This document shows, one piece after another, positions 17,305 through 26,898 of a stretch of 64,000 nt of DNA. Source of the DNA: an uncultured bacterium (GTDB taxonomy: Bacteria; Lernaellota; Lernaellaia; JACKCT01); the NCBI GenBank assembly GCA_964591275.1, contig CAZQAE010000001.1, positions 51,988 through 115,987 on the forward strand, written 5' to 3'. A model generated the notes under the pieces. That model saw only the letters and a program-made list of their open reading frames with translations, did not search any database and was not told the origin of the DNA. A program made the translations under genes and the position numbers. Every line of letters begins with the position of its first letter. Position 1 is the stretch's first letter.

Positions 17305-19731
17305 CTAATGAACGTATCCCCATTGCTTCAATAGGTCCTTGACCGCAGAATCCACACCGGACCCGGTAGGCATTTGATTAATCCAATCGATCCAGTTCAC
17401 AAAGCAAAGGTGTGGATGCTCGCTTCCGTCAGCCGTTTGGGGGATGTAGGCCGTTTTTGCTTTGGCTATGTTCGTCGAATCATCAATGAGGTAGCCTTGA
17501 TCGCCATCAGGCATGACAAAAGCAGGTCCGTAACGCAGTTCTGTTCTTTGTAGCGCATGACCTTGTTTCATCAGTGTGAATCTCAATTCTTCAGCGTCTG
17601 AATCCGGCCAGATGGCAAGGCGCACGGTTTTCTCCAGTTTCAACCTGAGACCTTTTTCATTGGATCGAGCAAGGATTTCGCCGGAAGCAACGGCAATCTT
17701 TTTTGCGCCGGAAATGATCACCTCGTCCGCAGAAGATTCCGGGATTGTCAAAGCCCAAACCGAGGGAAACTGCTCGGTACTTTCCTCAAATTGCCTTCGC
17801 ATTCGCTGAAGCAGTGGATCATCGGCGCCGACAAGATTCTGCGTCTCTTCAGGATCGCTTTGCAGATCGAATAGTTCTTCGCGAAGGGTTTCAGGTTTCC
17901 ACGCGCGGCGCACTCGGCGAAGACGATTGATGTCATGATGTCGAATATACTTATAACGGTCGGCAACTCGGATGCCGGTTGCATTCTTGCCGTACAAAGC
18001 GATGACAGGTTCGGGTTCAAAAGTCGGGTTGTTTGAAAGTAAGAAAGGCGCAAGATTCCTGGCGCTGGCATTCGGATTATTTTCGACCCCAACCAGACTC
18101 ATGATGGTGGGAAAAACGGAAAGAGACGAGTATTGCCCTTTGAGTATTCGATCTCCCGCAATTTCAGGGCCGTATATAATCATGGGGATTTTGAACTCTT
18201 CGTCGTAGAGGGTTTGGCCGTGGAAATGCATGGCTTTACGCATTTTGTCCGGGCCGTTCGGAGTCTTGATATCGTGCGAAATATCATTAATCTGCCCGTG
18301 ATCAGCCGTGACGAAAATAAAAGAATTTTTTAATAAACCAGTCTGCCGCAGCATCTGGTAAAAGCGCGCGAATGTGAAATCGGCGTGCGCTACGCACCCC
18401 AGGTAACGCCCATAAGCATAATCGCCGGAACCCTTCCACGCATGTTTTGAAATCCGGCGGAATCGGTTCGGCGGCGCGTCGGCGGGATTGGGCGCGTTTT
18501 GGTGTATGAATAAAAAGAGATTGGTGTCTTTGTTTTCGGCTAGCTGACGCGCAACGAAGTACTCAACATCCATTGTGGAAATATTGGAGCGCATCGCCTG
18601 CGTTGTTTGATCGAAACCGAGATCGATGCCGGCCTTGGCCCAGGGCATGATGAAATAATTGTTGGCGACGCAGAGGCTTTCCCATCCGGCTTTGCGAAAA
18701 GCGGCAGGGAGAGTTTCAATTTCCGCGCTTTCAAACAGTTTGCGAATGGCGTGATTCAGAGGTCTTCGCGGCGGGCTGGTCGGTAGATAAAGATTGGGAA
18801 CCGCCTTGCCGGTGAGCATTGTTGTCACGCCCGTGCGAGACCAGTTGCCGCCGGAAATATAGGATTCCACGACGACGCCTTTTTTTGCGAAGGAATCCAA
18901 TTCGGGCGTCAAGCCGTGCGGGCAGCCGTAAACTCCCAAATTCCTGGCCGAAAATGCATCCATCACGTAGATCACGACGGTTTGTGGCGGTCCTAGCTTT
19001 TTTTCAAGAATTTGCGGCGAACCCCAGAAAGCCTGGGCGCTACTATCGCCGGAGCATTGCGTCTGCAGTTTAAGATCGACTTCACGCCCGGCCCACGGCG
19101 ACAAGTCGATCTCGAAGGGAACCCATCTGGCTTCGCGGTCCTCGATTTCAACGTGTGCATATCGGTAATATTTCTTATAGAACCAATCTCTTTCGACATA
19201 AGGGAAAGGCAGCATGGACTCTTCTGTTTTGGAAAGAATCGTTTCGCCGTCGATGGAAATGGAAAATGTGACAGGAGCGGGTTGCTCCGGAAGAACTCCG
19301 TATGCGCCGCGCATAATGGCGTCGGGCGGAATTGTCAGGTTGTATTGAATTATTCCCGGTGGGGGGAGGTGGATGGCGCGCCTGCTGGTGCGGAAATTGG
19401 ATGAACTGCCAAAAGTCGTCAGGCGCGATAAAAGATGCGGCTCACGATAATTCGGGCGAGCGTCAAGGTTTTTCGGCAGCGCTGCAATCGCCTTGTCAAT
19501 GGACGGCGTCTCGAATTGGCTGCTGCCAAGAAGGCTTACGAGATCATGCGTGATTTCGTAGTGGTAGTCTTTTGGAGCCAGCCCCTTCTTCAGAGCCAGG
19601 GGCACGGGGTCAGGCCAGCGCTCGACGCGAGGCTGCACATAACGCATATCCCAAAAGGTTGCCGCGCCGCCATAAAGACCCAGGAGGATGAGGAGGGTCC
19701 AAACAATTTTTTTCCAATGGCGCTTAAACAA
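17305..19731 (-). CDS. Membrane-anchored sulfatase-superfamily (alkaline-phosphatase-like) protein lacking the C/S-x-P-x-R formylglycine motif
   Basis: N-terminal TM, then VVIYVMDAFSARNLG...ISGGNWSRTGVTTMLTGK. Arylsulfatase fold signature is present but with N-W instead of C-x-P. Resembles LtaS/EptA/MdoB-type transferases. Confidence 0.7.
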   Translation of the reverse strand: MFKRHWKKIVWTLLILLGLYGGAATFWDMRYVQPRVERWPDPVPLALKKGLAPKDYHYEITHDLVSLLGSSQFETPSIDKAIAALPKNLDARPNYREPHLLSRLTTFGSSSNFRTSRRAIHLPPPGIIQYNLTIPPDAIMRGAYGVLPEQPAPVTFSISIDGETILSKTEESMLPFPYVERDWFYKKYYRYAHVEIEDREARWVPFEIDLSPWAGREVDLKLQTQCSGDSSAQAFWGSPQILEKKLGPPQTVVIYVMDAFSARNLGVYGCPHGLTPELDSFAKKGVVVESYISGGNWSRTGVTTMLTGKAVPNLYLPTSPPRRPLNHAIRKLFESAEIETLPAAFRKAGWESLCVANNYFIMPWAKAGIDLGFDQTTQAMRSNISTMDVEYFVARQLAENKDTNLFLFIHQNAPNPADAPPNRFRRISKHAWKGSGDYAYGRYLGCVAHADFTFARFYQMLRQTGLLKNSFIFVTADHGQINDISHDIKTPNGPDKMRKAMHFHGQTLYDEEFKIPMIIYGPEIAGDRILKGQYSSLSVFPTIMSLVGVENNPNASARNLAPFLLSNNPTFEPEPVIALYGKNATGIRVADRYKYIRHHDINRLRRVRRAWKPETLREELFDLQSDPEETQNLVGADDPLLQRMRRQFEESTEQFPSVWALTIPESSADEVIISGAKKIAVASGEILARSNEKGLRLKLEKTVRLAIWPDSDAEELRFTLMKQGHALQRTELRYGPAFVMPDGDQGYLIDDSTNIAKAKTAYIPQTADGSEHPHLCFVNWIDWINQMPTGSGVDSAVKDLLKQWGYVH

Positions 19732-21792
19732 TCAATAAGCCCCTTGCAAGTAATTTTCCAATTGCGCTGAAAGTCTTTCAACGTCCATTGGACGCACGCC
19801 GGACAGGTCGCGTTCGCACAGGGGATCGTCGCGCAGGTCATATAATTCGTAGCCCACGCCATCGACCATCGGCATCTTGATCAGTTTCATGTCATCGGCG
19901 ATCCAGACTCTGTGCTTGGCGTAGTTGGTTAAATCTTCCCATTGACGCTGAATCACCATCTCGTGGTTATGCAGCGAATCCACTTCCAGAATCTTTGTCA
20001 CGTCCGGATATTGAATGTGGAGTTGATTGTAAAAGGCTTCGCCCTGCGCATCGTACCAAAGGCCCGTTTCCACGTAGATGCCCGTGTCGGCCATACTTTC
20101 GCCGTGCAAAAATGGCATTAGGCTGCGACCCATGAAGGATTCGCGGGACATGGCGGTGTATTCGGCGATTGTGGGTGCGATGTCGATCAATCGAATGCGC
20201 TTTTTCACATGTCGTCCACGCATGATTCCAGGCCCGGCGAAGATGGCCGTTGTCTTCATGGAAAATTCGGTGCGAAGTTGTTCGCCATGTTGCACGGGAG
20301 TATTCGGTGTTTCAAAGAGATCCTCGCCGTGATCCCCGAAGAATACGAGAAGAGTGTTTTGCGCCAATCCGCTTTTCTCAAGATGTGACAGGATTCTGGC
20401 GATCTGATCATCCACGGCTCGCAAACAACCGTCGTACAAAGCGCTGATCTGGTTCTTATCGGCAACCGTCAGGTTCTCCACTTTCCCAGGGATAGTAAAT
20501 TTGTGATAGCGGTATGCGCCTTTGTAGGTTGGGTCGGTGTATTTTTTATAGTAGGGCCAAGGCGGCGCGAAGGGGAAATGCGTGGTGGAGTAAAAAACCT
20601 TGAGAAAAAACGGCTCATCCTTCGCCAATTCATCCAGCTTTTGAATGACCTTGTCGGTCAGTGGCTTGGGGTCCGCGTTATGGGCGAATTCTTCCAGTAT
20701 GGGGAGCAACTTGCGCCCATGCGTATTATTGACATAGGGCATGATGTTGGTCATCAACTCGGCGACGCGAAGCTCGGCCAGCGTCAGGATCGTAAAGTTC
20801 GGTGCGTCGATTTCATCGAAGCCAAGATCGACGCGGGGAAAAATGTCTCCGGCGAAGTCGGAAATGACGACCGTTTTATAACCGGCGTTACGTAGTTTGT
20901 CGGCGATGGTTTCGGGCAGAAAGGCTCTGTGCTCGTATCTGGGAAACATGGTTCGCACGCCGTGCTTAAGCGGAGTCGTTCCAGTCATGAGAGAAACGAT
21001 GGCGGGGAATGTCCTGGGAAGCGGCGAGTAACAGTTTTCAAAAACCACGCCTTCATTTATGACCGCGTCAATGATAGGCGTTGTATCGCGATGATAAGCG
21101 TTGGCGGACAAGCGGTCGGGACGCAGCGAGTCGAGGCCGATCATGATGACGTTGGGTTGCGTTAAGGTCTTGCCCGCGTGCGCCGGTTTGGCGAGCACAT
21201 TGTCAAAGGGAATTTGGCTCATCCCGAAAATGCCGATGGCGATGGAAGCGGCGACAGCGGAGGCTTTGGCCGCCCGAAAACGTATTATCAACCTGATTAG
21301 CGCCGCCGCGAAAATGGCGCCAAGGAAAAATTCGATGATTGTCGGATTGAGAAAATCTGTGACGGCGCATTGAACTGCCTTTCTTGCGCCTCCCTTGGCA
21401 AGCCACAGTTCGTAATACAATTGCGGCGACTGCGCCATCTCACGAAAATAGAAAAGGAGGTGGACGCCGACAAGAATCCCCAGCCGAGACCGGAGTCTGC
21501 GGGCCAGCGCGCCGGCCAAAATGCCGAGGAGAAACCCTACAGCGAGATGAAGGATCAGTTGTTGCGACAGCACCAGGACAATATCCAGCACGAAGTTGTC
21601 CATGAAAATCGTGGTGACGGCATCCAGGCGCTCGTCCTCAACGCCCAAAACGGTAAATCCGCCGTGCAGCGCCAGAGAATACAGGAAAAGAATAAAGAAG
21701 AACCCCGATCCGAGAAGGCCGGATTTTGCGAGCCTTTTCATCTCGTGTCCAGCGAAACCGGGGTCGGTATGTTTGCTGTCAGCTTCCTTCAT
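19732..21792 (-). CDS. Polytopic-membrane sulfatase-superfamily protein (LtaS/phosphoglycerol- or phosphoethanolamine-transferase-like)
   Basis: N-terminal multi-TM region, then IMIGLDSLRPD...CYSPLPRTFPAIVSLMTG and FGDHGE. ATG at 21792 forms an ATGA overlap with the cupin gene stop. GTG at 21822 is the alternative start. Confidence 0.7.
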   Translation of the reverse strand: MKEADSKHTDPGFAGHEMKRLAKSGLLGSGFFFILFLYSLALHGGFTVLGVEDERLDAVTTIFMDNFVLDIVLVLSQQLILHLAVGFLLGILAGALARRLRSRLGILVGVHLLFYFREMAQSPQLYYELWLAKGGARKAVQCAVTDFLNPTIIEFFLGAIFAAALIRLIIRFRAAKASAVAASIAIGIFGMSQIPFDNVLAKPAHAGKTLTQPNVIMIGLDSLRPDRLSANAYHRDTTPIIDAVINEGVVFENCYSPLPRTFPAIVSLMTGTTPLKHGVRTMFPRYEHRAFLPETIADKLRNAGYKTVVISDFAGDIFPRVDLGFDEIDAPNFTILTLAELRVAELMTNIMPYVNNTHGRKLLPILEEFAHNADPKPLTDKVIQKLDELAKDEPFFLKVFYSTTHFPFAPPWPYYKKYTDPTYKGAYRYHKFTIPGKVENLTVADKNQISALYDGCLRAVDDQIARILSHLEKSGLAQNTLLVFFGDHGEDLFETPNTPVQHGEQLRTEFSMKTTAIFAGPGIMRGRHVKKRIRLIDIAPTIAEYTAMSRESFMGRSLMPFLHGESMADTGIYVETGLWYDAQGEAFYNQLHIQYPDVTKILEVDSLHNHEMVIQRQWEDLTNYAKHRVWIADDMKLIKMPMVDGVGYELYDLRDDPLCERDLSGVRPMDVERLSAQLENYLQGAY

Positions 21793-22319
21793 GTATTTAA
21801 TTTCTGATTCGTTTTCGGCCACTTCCAGGGAATGACCTTGTCGTCAAAAGTGAGGCGAAAAACATCCGGGTTGTCATTTTGATATGCGATGTTCGTGACG
21901 TTGAGGATCATGGATTCTTTTTCGCCAATATTCTGGATGCCGTGCAGGACCATCGCCGGGATTTTGACCAGAAGAGGATTTTCCGGCGTCATAATGAATT
22001 CATTGATTAATCCCGAAGTCATTGAAGCTTCCCCTTGATGACCGAAACCGAGTTTTTCGTTCCGGCAGTCATATAACACCAGCCTGATTTTTCCGCAAAG
22101 CGCGCAAAGGTGGTCGACCTGCTTGCGGTGAAAGTGCCACGCCTTTATAACGCCGGGAAAAGCGGTGCTGGTATAAACTTGGCCGAATCTTTCAAAGAGA
22201 TTGTCGTCGGAGCGCATAAAAATGGTCAGTCGCCCGCGTTCATCGGCAATGACGGGCAGCTTCTTTACACGCACGCCTTCAATGCGTTGCGATGCGGGCG
22301 TAATAGTCGGATCGTTCAA
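21789..22319 (-). CDS. WxcM/FdtA-like cupin (nucleotide-sugar 3,4-ketoisomerase / epimerase-like)
   Basis: 176-aa cupin with a KAWHFHRKQ-type motif typical of FdtA/WxcM-like domains. Confidence 0.55.
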   Translation of the reverse strand: MNDPTITPASQRIEGVRVKKLPVIADERGRLTIFMRSDDNLFERFGQVYTSTAFPGVIKAWHFHRKQVDHLCALCGKIRLVLYDCRNEKLGFGHQGEASMTSGLINEFIMTPENPLLVKIPAMVLHGIQNIGEKESMILNVTNIAYQNDNPDVFRLTFDDKVIPWKWPKTNQKLNT

Positions 22320-22414
22320 TGGCTATCTCCGGTTAATGGGAAATTCATTTCGAGGTCATCCACATGCGAGCATCCGCTTGTGGATTGCTCATTATTCACC
22401 AGGAACAGGTATTT

Positions 22415-23515
22415 TTAAATCCCTTCTGCTATCAAGTCACAAACAAGTTCGCCGATGGCGGGAGAGGCTGTAAGGCCGGGCGATTCGATGCCGATGAGAT
22501 GGATGATTCGCCGATTACCCGGTTGCCGGGTGATGAGAAAATCCGCAGCGGGCTGATCGGGTCCGACGCGCTTGGGCCGGACGCCCGATGGACCCATTCG
22601 GAGATCTTCAACACGCAGAGTGGGGCAGAGCCGCCGCGCTTCTTCAAAAAATTCTTCCGGCGGTCGTCTGTTCGATTCGTAATCGCGCTTGTCAACGATG
22701 AATTTGGCTGTTGGTCCCAGCCAGAGTTCGCCATCGACCGTTTTCGTCAAGTGAACGCCGAGGCTGTACTGCGCGGGGACGGGATAAACAAGGTTGTGGA
22801 CAAGGTGCGCCTTGCGAGCGATGACCGTGGCATATTCCCCGCGACAGGGATGGATGACGTGCTCGCTGAATCCGCACAGATTCGCCACTACGTCGGACCA
22901 GAGTCCCGCCGCATTGACTAAAGTGCGAACCCTGATATCGCCGCGTTCAACGGTATGAAGTACGATGGAGTCCGATTCAATGTCGATGCCGGCGACGTGG
23001 GAGTTTGCGCTGATAATGGCGTCCATTTCAATGGCCCTGGCTTCGAGTACGCGGATGTACTCTCCCGTGTCCATCACGCCTGTCGAGGGGGAATGCAGCG
23101 CGGCGACGCCGGCGATGTTCGGCTCGATTTTTCGCATCGCCCCCCTATCGATCAGTCGCAGATCGCTGACGCCATTGCCATGGCCGGCTTGGAGAAGATT
23201 TTCGAGTGCCGGAATTTCGCTCGTATCGGAAGCCACTATGAGTTTTCCGCCGATGCGGTGGGGAATCTTCCAGTCCTTAAGTCGCTGCGTGAGCGCCTTT
23301 CGACCCGCAACGCACAGGCGGGCCTTCAGCGAGTCTTTTTGATAGTAGATTCCGGCGTGGATGACGCCGCTGTTGTGCGTGGAAGTTTCCTCGCCAAGAC
23401 GCTCATGACTTTCCATCAAAATGACGGACCCGCCCCTCTGGGCAATGCTGTAGGCGCAGGAGAGTCCGACTACGCCACCGCCGATCACCGCCGTGCCAAC
23501 ATCAATTTTGCTCAT
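22415..23515 (-). CDS. FAD-dependent oxidoreductase (L-2-hydroxyglutarate oxidase LhgO-like)
   Basis: Rossmann motif VIGGGVVGLSCAY near the N-terminus, and HNSGVIHAGIYY. Start at ATG 23515 preferred over 23548. Confidence 0.75.
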   Translation of the reverse strand: MSKIDVGTAVIGGGVVGLSCAYSIAQRGGSVILMESHERLGEETSTHNSGVIHAGIYYQKDSLKARLCVAGRKALTQRLKDWKIPHRIGGKLIVASDTSEIPALENLLQAGHGNGVSDLRLIDRGAMRKIEPNIAGVAALHSPSTGVMDTGEYIRVLEARAIEMDAIISANSHVAGIDIESDSIVLHTVERGDIRVRTLVNAAGLWSDVVANLCGFSEHVIHPCRGEYATVIARKAHLVHNLVYPVPAQYSLGVHLTKTVDGELWLGPTAKFIVDKRDYESNRRPPEEFFEEARRLCPTLRVEDLRMGPSGVRPKRVGPDQPAADFLITRQPGNRRIIHLIGIESPGLTASPAIGELVCDLIAEGI

Positions 23516-23665
23516 CGAATTCCTTTTTGATTTGTCTCTGAGGGTCAATATTCTCCAATCCAGAGTCTGCTATCGTAGCCTGTTTTAGCTATGTCGCCAA
23601 ATGATGATCCATGCCACGTTTCACCATTGAAGCGGATCGGCTTTGAGGCTAATCTTTGAAGCGTT

Positions 23666-24526
23666 ATGCGTGACAAGCATTTTATTCTTACCATTGATGT
23701 CGAGGAGTTTTTCCAGTCGGAGAATCTTCGGGGAGCTTATCCGATTGCCGATTGGGATCGGACTCCCTCGCGCGTGGTGGAACAGGTTGAAACGCTGCTC
23801 AATCTTCTGTTGAGCGAAAATGTCGGATCGGCGACCTTTTTCATTCTCGGCTTCGTGGCCAAAAGATATCCGAAGCTTGTCAAGCGCATCGCCGACGAAG
23901 GATTTGAAGTCGCATCGCACGGCATGATGCACACGCTCAATACGGAAATGACGTCGCCTATGATTGCAAGCGACTTTGCCACGAGCAAAAAGATGCTCGA
24001 AGACATTTGCGGCTGCGCGGTTGTCGGCTATCGCGCGCCGAGTTTCACCATCGACGCCAAATGCATCGAAGAACTGCGCGCGCAAGGGTATCATTACGAT
24101 TCGAGCTTCAACGACATCGCCTGGCACGACCGGTACGGGCGACTGGACTTGTCGGAGTACGTCAAAGTTTCATCTGGAGTATTCAGGCACCCGGCAGGCG
24201 ATTTTCACGAGTTTCCCATCAGCAACCTTCAAGTCGGAAGTCGTACGCTCCCGTGGGGCGGCGGCGGATACTTCCGCCTGCTGCCCGGCGTCGTCCATCG
24301 CGCGGGCGTCATGAAGGCATTGCGCCGGGAAAGTCATTTCAACTTCTACACGCATCCGTGGGAGTACGATCCGCAGCAACCCAGAGCCGAGGGGCTTGGC
24401 GCCGCGACGAGTTTCAGGCATTACGTGGGTCTTTCCCGCACCCAAACGCGGCTCATCAAGCTCATCCGCATGTTGAAGGCGCATGATGTCCAGATCGTCG
24501 GCGTCGGGGACATTCTGCCGCGCTAA
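23666..24526 (+). CDS. Polysaccharide deacetylase family protein with DUF3473 (exosortase/PEP-CTERM-locus-type subfamily)
   Basis: CE4-like N-terminus (LTIDVEEFF, ASHGMMH). C-terminal PWGGGGYFRLLP motif is characteristic of DUF3473. Confidence 0.8.
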   Translation: MRDKHFILTIDVEEFFQSENLRGAYPIADWDRTPSRVVEQVETLLNLLLSENVGSATFFILGFVAKRYPKLVKRIADEGFEVASHGMMHTLNTEMTSPMIASDFATSKKMLEDICGCAVVGYRAPSFTIDAKCIEELRAQGYHYDSSFNDIAWHDRYGRLDLSEYVKVSSGVFRHPAGDFHEFPISNLQVGSRTLPWGGGGYFRLLPGVVHRAGVMKALRRESHFNFYTHPWEYDPQQPRAEGLGAATSFRHYVGLSRTQTRLIKLIRMLKAHDVQIVGVGDILPR

Positions 24527-24533
24527 AACATTT

Positions 24534-25238
24534 TTACTTCAAAGCCCGTCTGTAATTGTAGTTGTCGGAAACCAGGTTCTGGCCATCGCGAATCAGCTTC
24601 GCGGCGTCTTCGGGCGTGACGCCAAGTTTTCCGGCGACATGCTGAATCTCCTCCGCGTTGTGCTCGGCGCTATCCCAAGGGCAATACTGCGCTTTGGCCA
24701 GCTTGTCGCAAATGCTTTGGATTTTCCCGGCATCATAAGCCCATTCATCCCACCTCGTTTCCGGGATAAGGCGGATATGAAAGGCCCACGGCGCGATCCG
24801 CTCCTCGTCTTCGATTCGGCCTTCCCGGCACAATTGCGCCTTGAGCACCGGTGAAAAGGTTGGAGGCGTCAACCCCTGAAGGTAAATTTTTATTCGATGG
24901 CAGGTGTGGTCTGGGTGGGACAGGTACATCTCAATGAGCACTTCGCGTGTCGTTGCAATGAGCGGCGCCCGTGCGATGTCGCAGGGAACAGTGATTTTCC
25001 AAAGAGCGCCCGAGTCGCTGCCGTGAGGAGTGGGAGTTTGAGAAATGAGCTGCCAGGCAACCGCTCCAGGCTGCCTTTCGGCTTCGATGTCCAGCGTGAT
25101 CTGCTCATCAATCACCTCGTTTTTGGGGATAATGAGCCGGAGGGTGAGGTATAGGGCGACAATACCCAAAACCGCGAACAAAATAATCAAGCCGGATTTG
25201 CTCAGGTAAATGGCGTCGGCTTCCTTTTTCCGGGCCAT
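24534..25238 (-). CDS. Membrane-anchored hypothetical protein
   Basis: ATG at 25238. N-terminal TM (LIILFAVLGIVALYLTL) followed by a soluble domain with no recognisable motif. Confidence 0.45.
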   Translation of the reverse strand: MARKKEADAIYLSKSGLIILFAVLGIVALYLTLRLIIPKNEVIDEQITLDIEAERQPGAVAWQLISQTPTPHGSDSGALWKITVPCDIARAPLIATTREVLIEMYLSHPDHTCHRIKIYLQGLTPPTFSPVLKAQLCREGRIEDEERIAPWAFHIRLIPETRWDEWAYDAGKIQSICDKLAKAQYCPWDSAEHNAEEIQHVAGKLGVTPEDAAKLIRDGQNLVSDNYNYRRALK

Positions 25239-25391
25239 GACGGCGTCGCCTTTCGATGGTCGAAACTTTTCTTATTGTGTCCACGCGCCCGCCCTGCTGT
25301 CAACACAGGGCAAAGTTAGCAAGACACTGGACATTGCAGGCTTTATTAGGCTGTGTTAGTTCAGTTGTCAGTGTTGTCCAAGGAGGTCCTT

Positions 25392-26876
25392 ATGCGTTGG
25401 ATTTGCATGTTGTTTGCGTTGATTGTCTTGCCCCTGGCCGTCGCGTCCGCGGACGAGCTTGAGGATAGAGCGCTTTTGCATGAGCAGTGGTTTAACGAAT
25501 ACCATGTGTCGCCGTACGGCGGATCGGGCTACGCCTATTTCACGGCGCCCGACTCAGACGAAGTGGATCATTATTCTTTTGGCGATTCAACGATCTGGAC
25601 GGGAACCTATTTGGCCTCGGAAAGTTTCCGCTACGCCGTCACCGGAGATCAAGACGCCAAGGCCAACGCCATTCGCACCGTGAACGCGCTAGATTCTCAC
25701 CTGAAAATCACGCAGGTTCCGGGATTTATTGCCCGCTTCGCCGGGCCGGACGAAGCGCCCTGGAATACTGCCTATACGGAGCATGACCGATACGTGCCTG
25801 GCACGGGTGAATGGGCGGGATCTTTTTGGATAAACAATACGAGCCGCGATCAATATACCGGTTGGTTTTTTGGTATGGTGGTGGCTTATGACTTGATCGA
25901 CGACGAAGAAACCAGGGCCTTGATTCGGGAAGATGTCCAGGAAGTGATAGACGAACTGCGGGCGGATTATTATTGGATTCTTGGCGAAAATGGTTTGCCC
26001 ACCGACGCCGGACCGCAGGTGATCGGCATCATGCGTGTCTGCTGGCATTTGATAGCCGCGCACATTCTCGACACCCCAGAATATTGGGCGCAGTACGAAC
26101 AGGTTTTTGAAGATCAGAAATCGGGCCTTGGGATCAGTTCGTTTTCACTGATGAATAAATATTATCAGTACTATGGACTCAACCTGTCTCACGAAACCTT
26201 TTTCAACCTTCTGCGGCTTGAACGAAATCCGGTGCGCCGGAAATTCTATCTCGACATATTTCACACGCATATCCGGCACCTTGTTGAACTCACGCACAAC
26301 GTGTTCTTTGATGACATCTACTTGGCCAACTGCGAGCGGGCAGGGGAATGCCGCTATTATGACGAGACCTTGGAAGACGTTCAAAATCAGCTTTTTGATT
26401 TTCAGGATCCGCCGGTTCGGGAAGTGCCTCTTGAGATTCCTGATTGGCCTCTCGATCCTTTCACCGTGACGATTTCGGCTCTGATAGACGCCCTCAACAT
26501 TCGAGAATTAATCGACATCGAGCCGCAAACCCTGGATGCTCGTCCCGTAAAATGGCGATGTCCCCGTTCATTCATGTGGCAAAAGACTCCGTACAACATT
26601 GATTGCCCCGGTGGCGACGGGACCGAAGTGTATCCGGGGATCGACTATATGATCGCGTATTGGATGGGTCGCTATTATAACTTTATTGAGCCCGGCAATC
26701 CCAACGAGATCACCTGGCCTCCCGACGAGGCGGTCGATGACGATGACGACGCCGATGATGATGTCGATGACGACGATACGGCGTCAGATGACGACACAAG
26801 CGATGATGATGAGCAACCTTCGCCTGATGCCGATGATGACGAGGACGACGATGACGAAAAAGGTTGCGGGTGCTAA
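25392..26876 (+). CDS. Secreted hypothetical protein with C-terminal poly-Asp tail ending in GCGC
   Basis: AGGAGG RBS 5 nt upstream of ATG 25392. Signal peptide MRWICMLFALIVLPLAVASA. About 45-aa acidic tail DDDDDADDDVDDDDTASDDD...DDDDEKGCGC. Confidence 0.6.
   Translation: MRWICMLFALIVLPLAVASADELEDRALLHEQWFNEYHVSPYGGSGYAYFTAPDSDEVDHYSFGDSTIWTGTYLASESFRYAVTGDQDAKANAIRTVNALDSHLKITQVPGFIARFAGPDEAPWNTAYTEHDRYVPGTGEWAGSFWINNTSRDQYTGWFFGMVVAYDLIDDEETRALIREDVQEVIDELRADYYWILGENGLPTDAGPQVIGIMRVCWHLIAAHILDTPEYWAQYEQVFEDQKSGLGISSFSLMNKYYQYYGLNLSHETFFNLLRLERNPVRRKFYLDIFHTHIRHLVELTHNVFFDDIYLANCERAGECRYYDETLEDVQNQLFDFQDPPVREVPLEIPDWPLDPFTVTISALIDALNIRELIDIEPQTLDARPVKWRCPRSFMWQKTPYNIDCPGGDGTEVYPGIDYMIAYWMGRYYNFIEPGNPNEITWPPDEAVDDDDDADDDVDDDDTASDDDTSDDDEQPSPDADDDEDDDDEKGCGC
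26735..26858 (+). repeat. Coding GAT/GAC poly-Asp repeat
   Basis: Tandem GA[TC]GA[TC] units. On the +1 frame they read as the Met/Thr-rich N-terminal extension of track ORF 26686..27873. Confidence 0.75.
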
Positions 26877-26898
26877 TAAAGGTTATGGAGTCACCGCG

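Noticed and set aside
26686-26898. N-terminal extension of track ORF 26686..27873 (MSPAIPTRS...MTMTTPMMMSM...)
   Set aside because: Frame-shifted reading of the GAT/GAC poly-Asp repeat of the upstream gene. The real start is the ATG at 26899 with a GGAG RBS and signal peptide.
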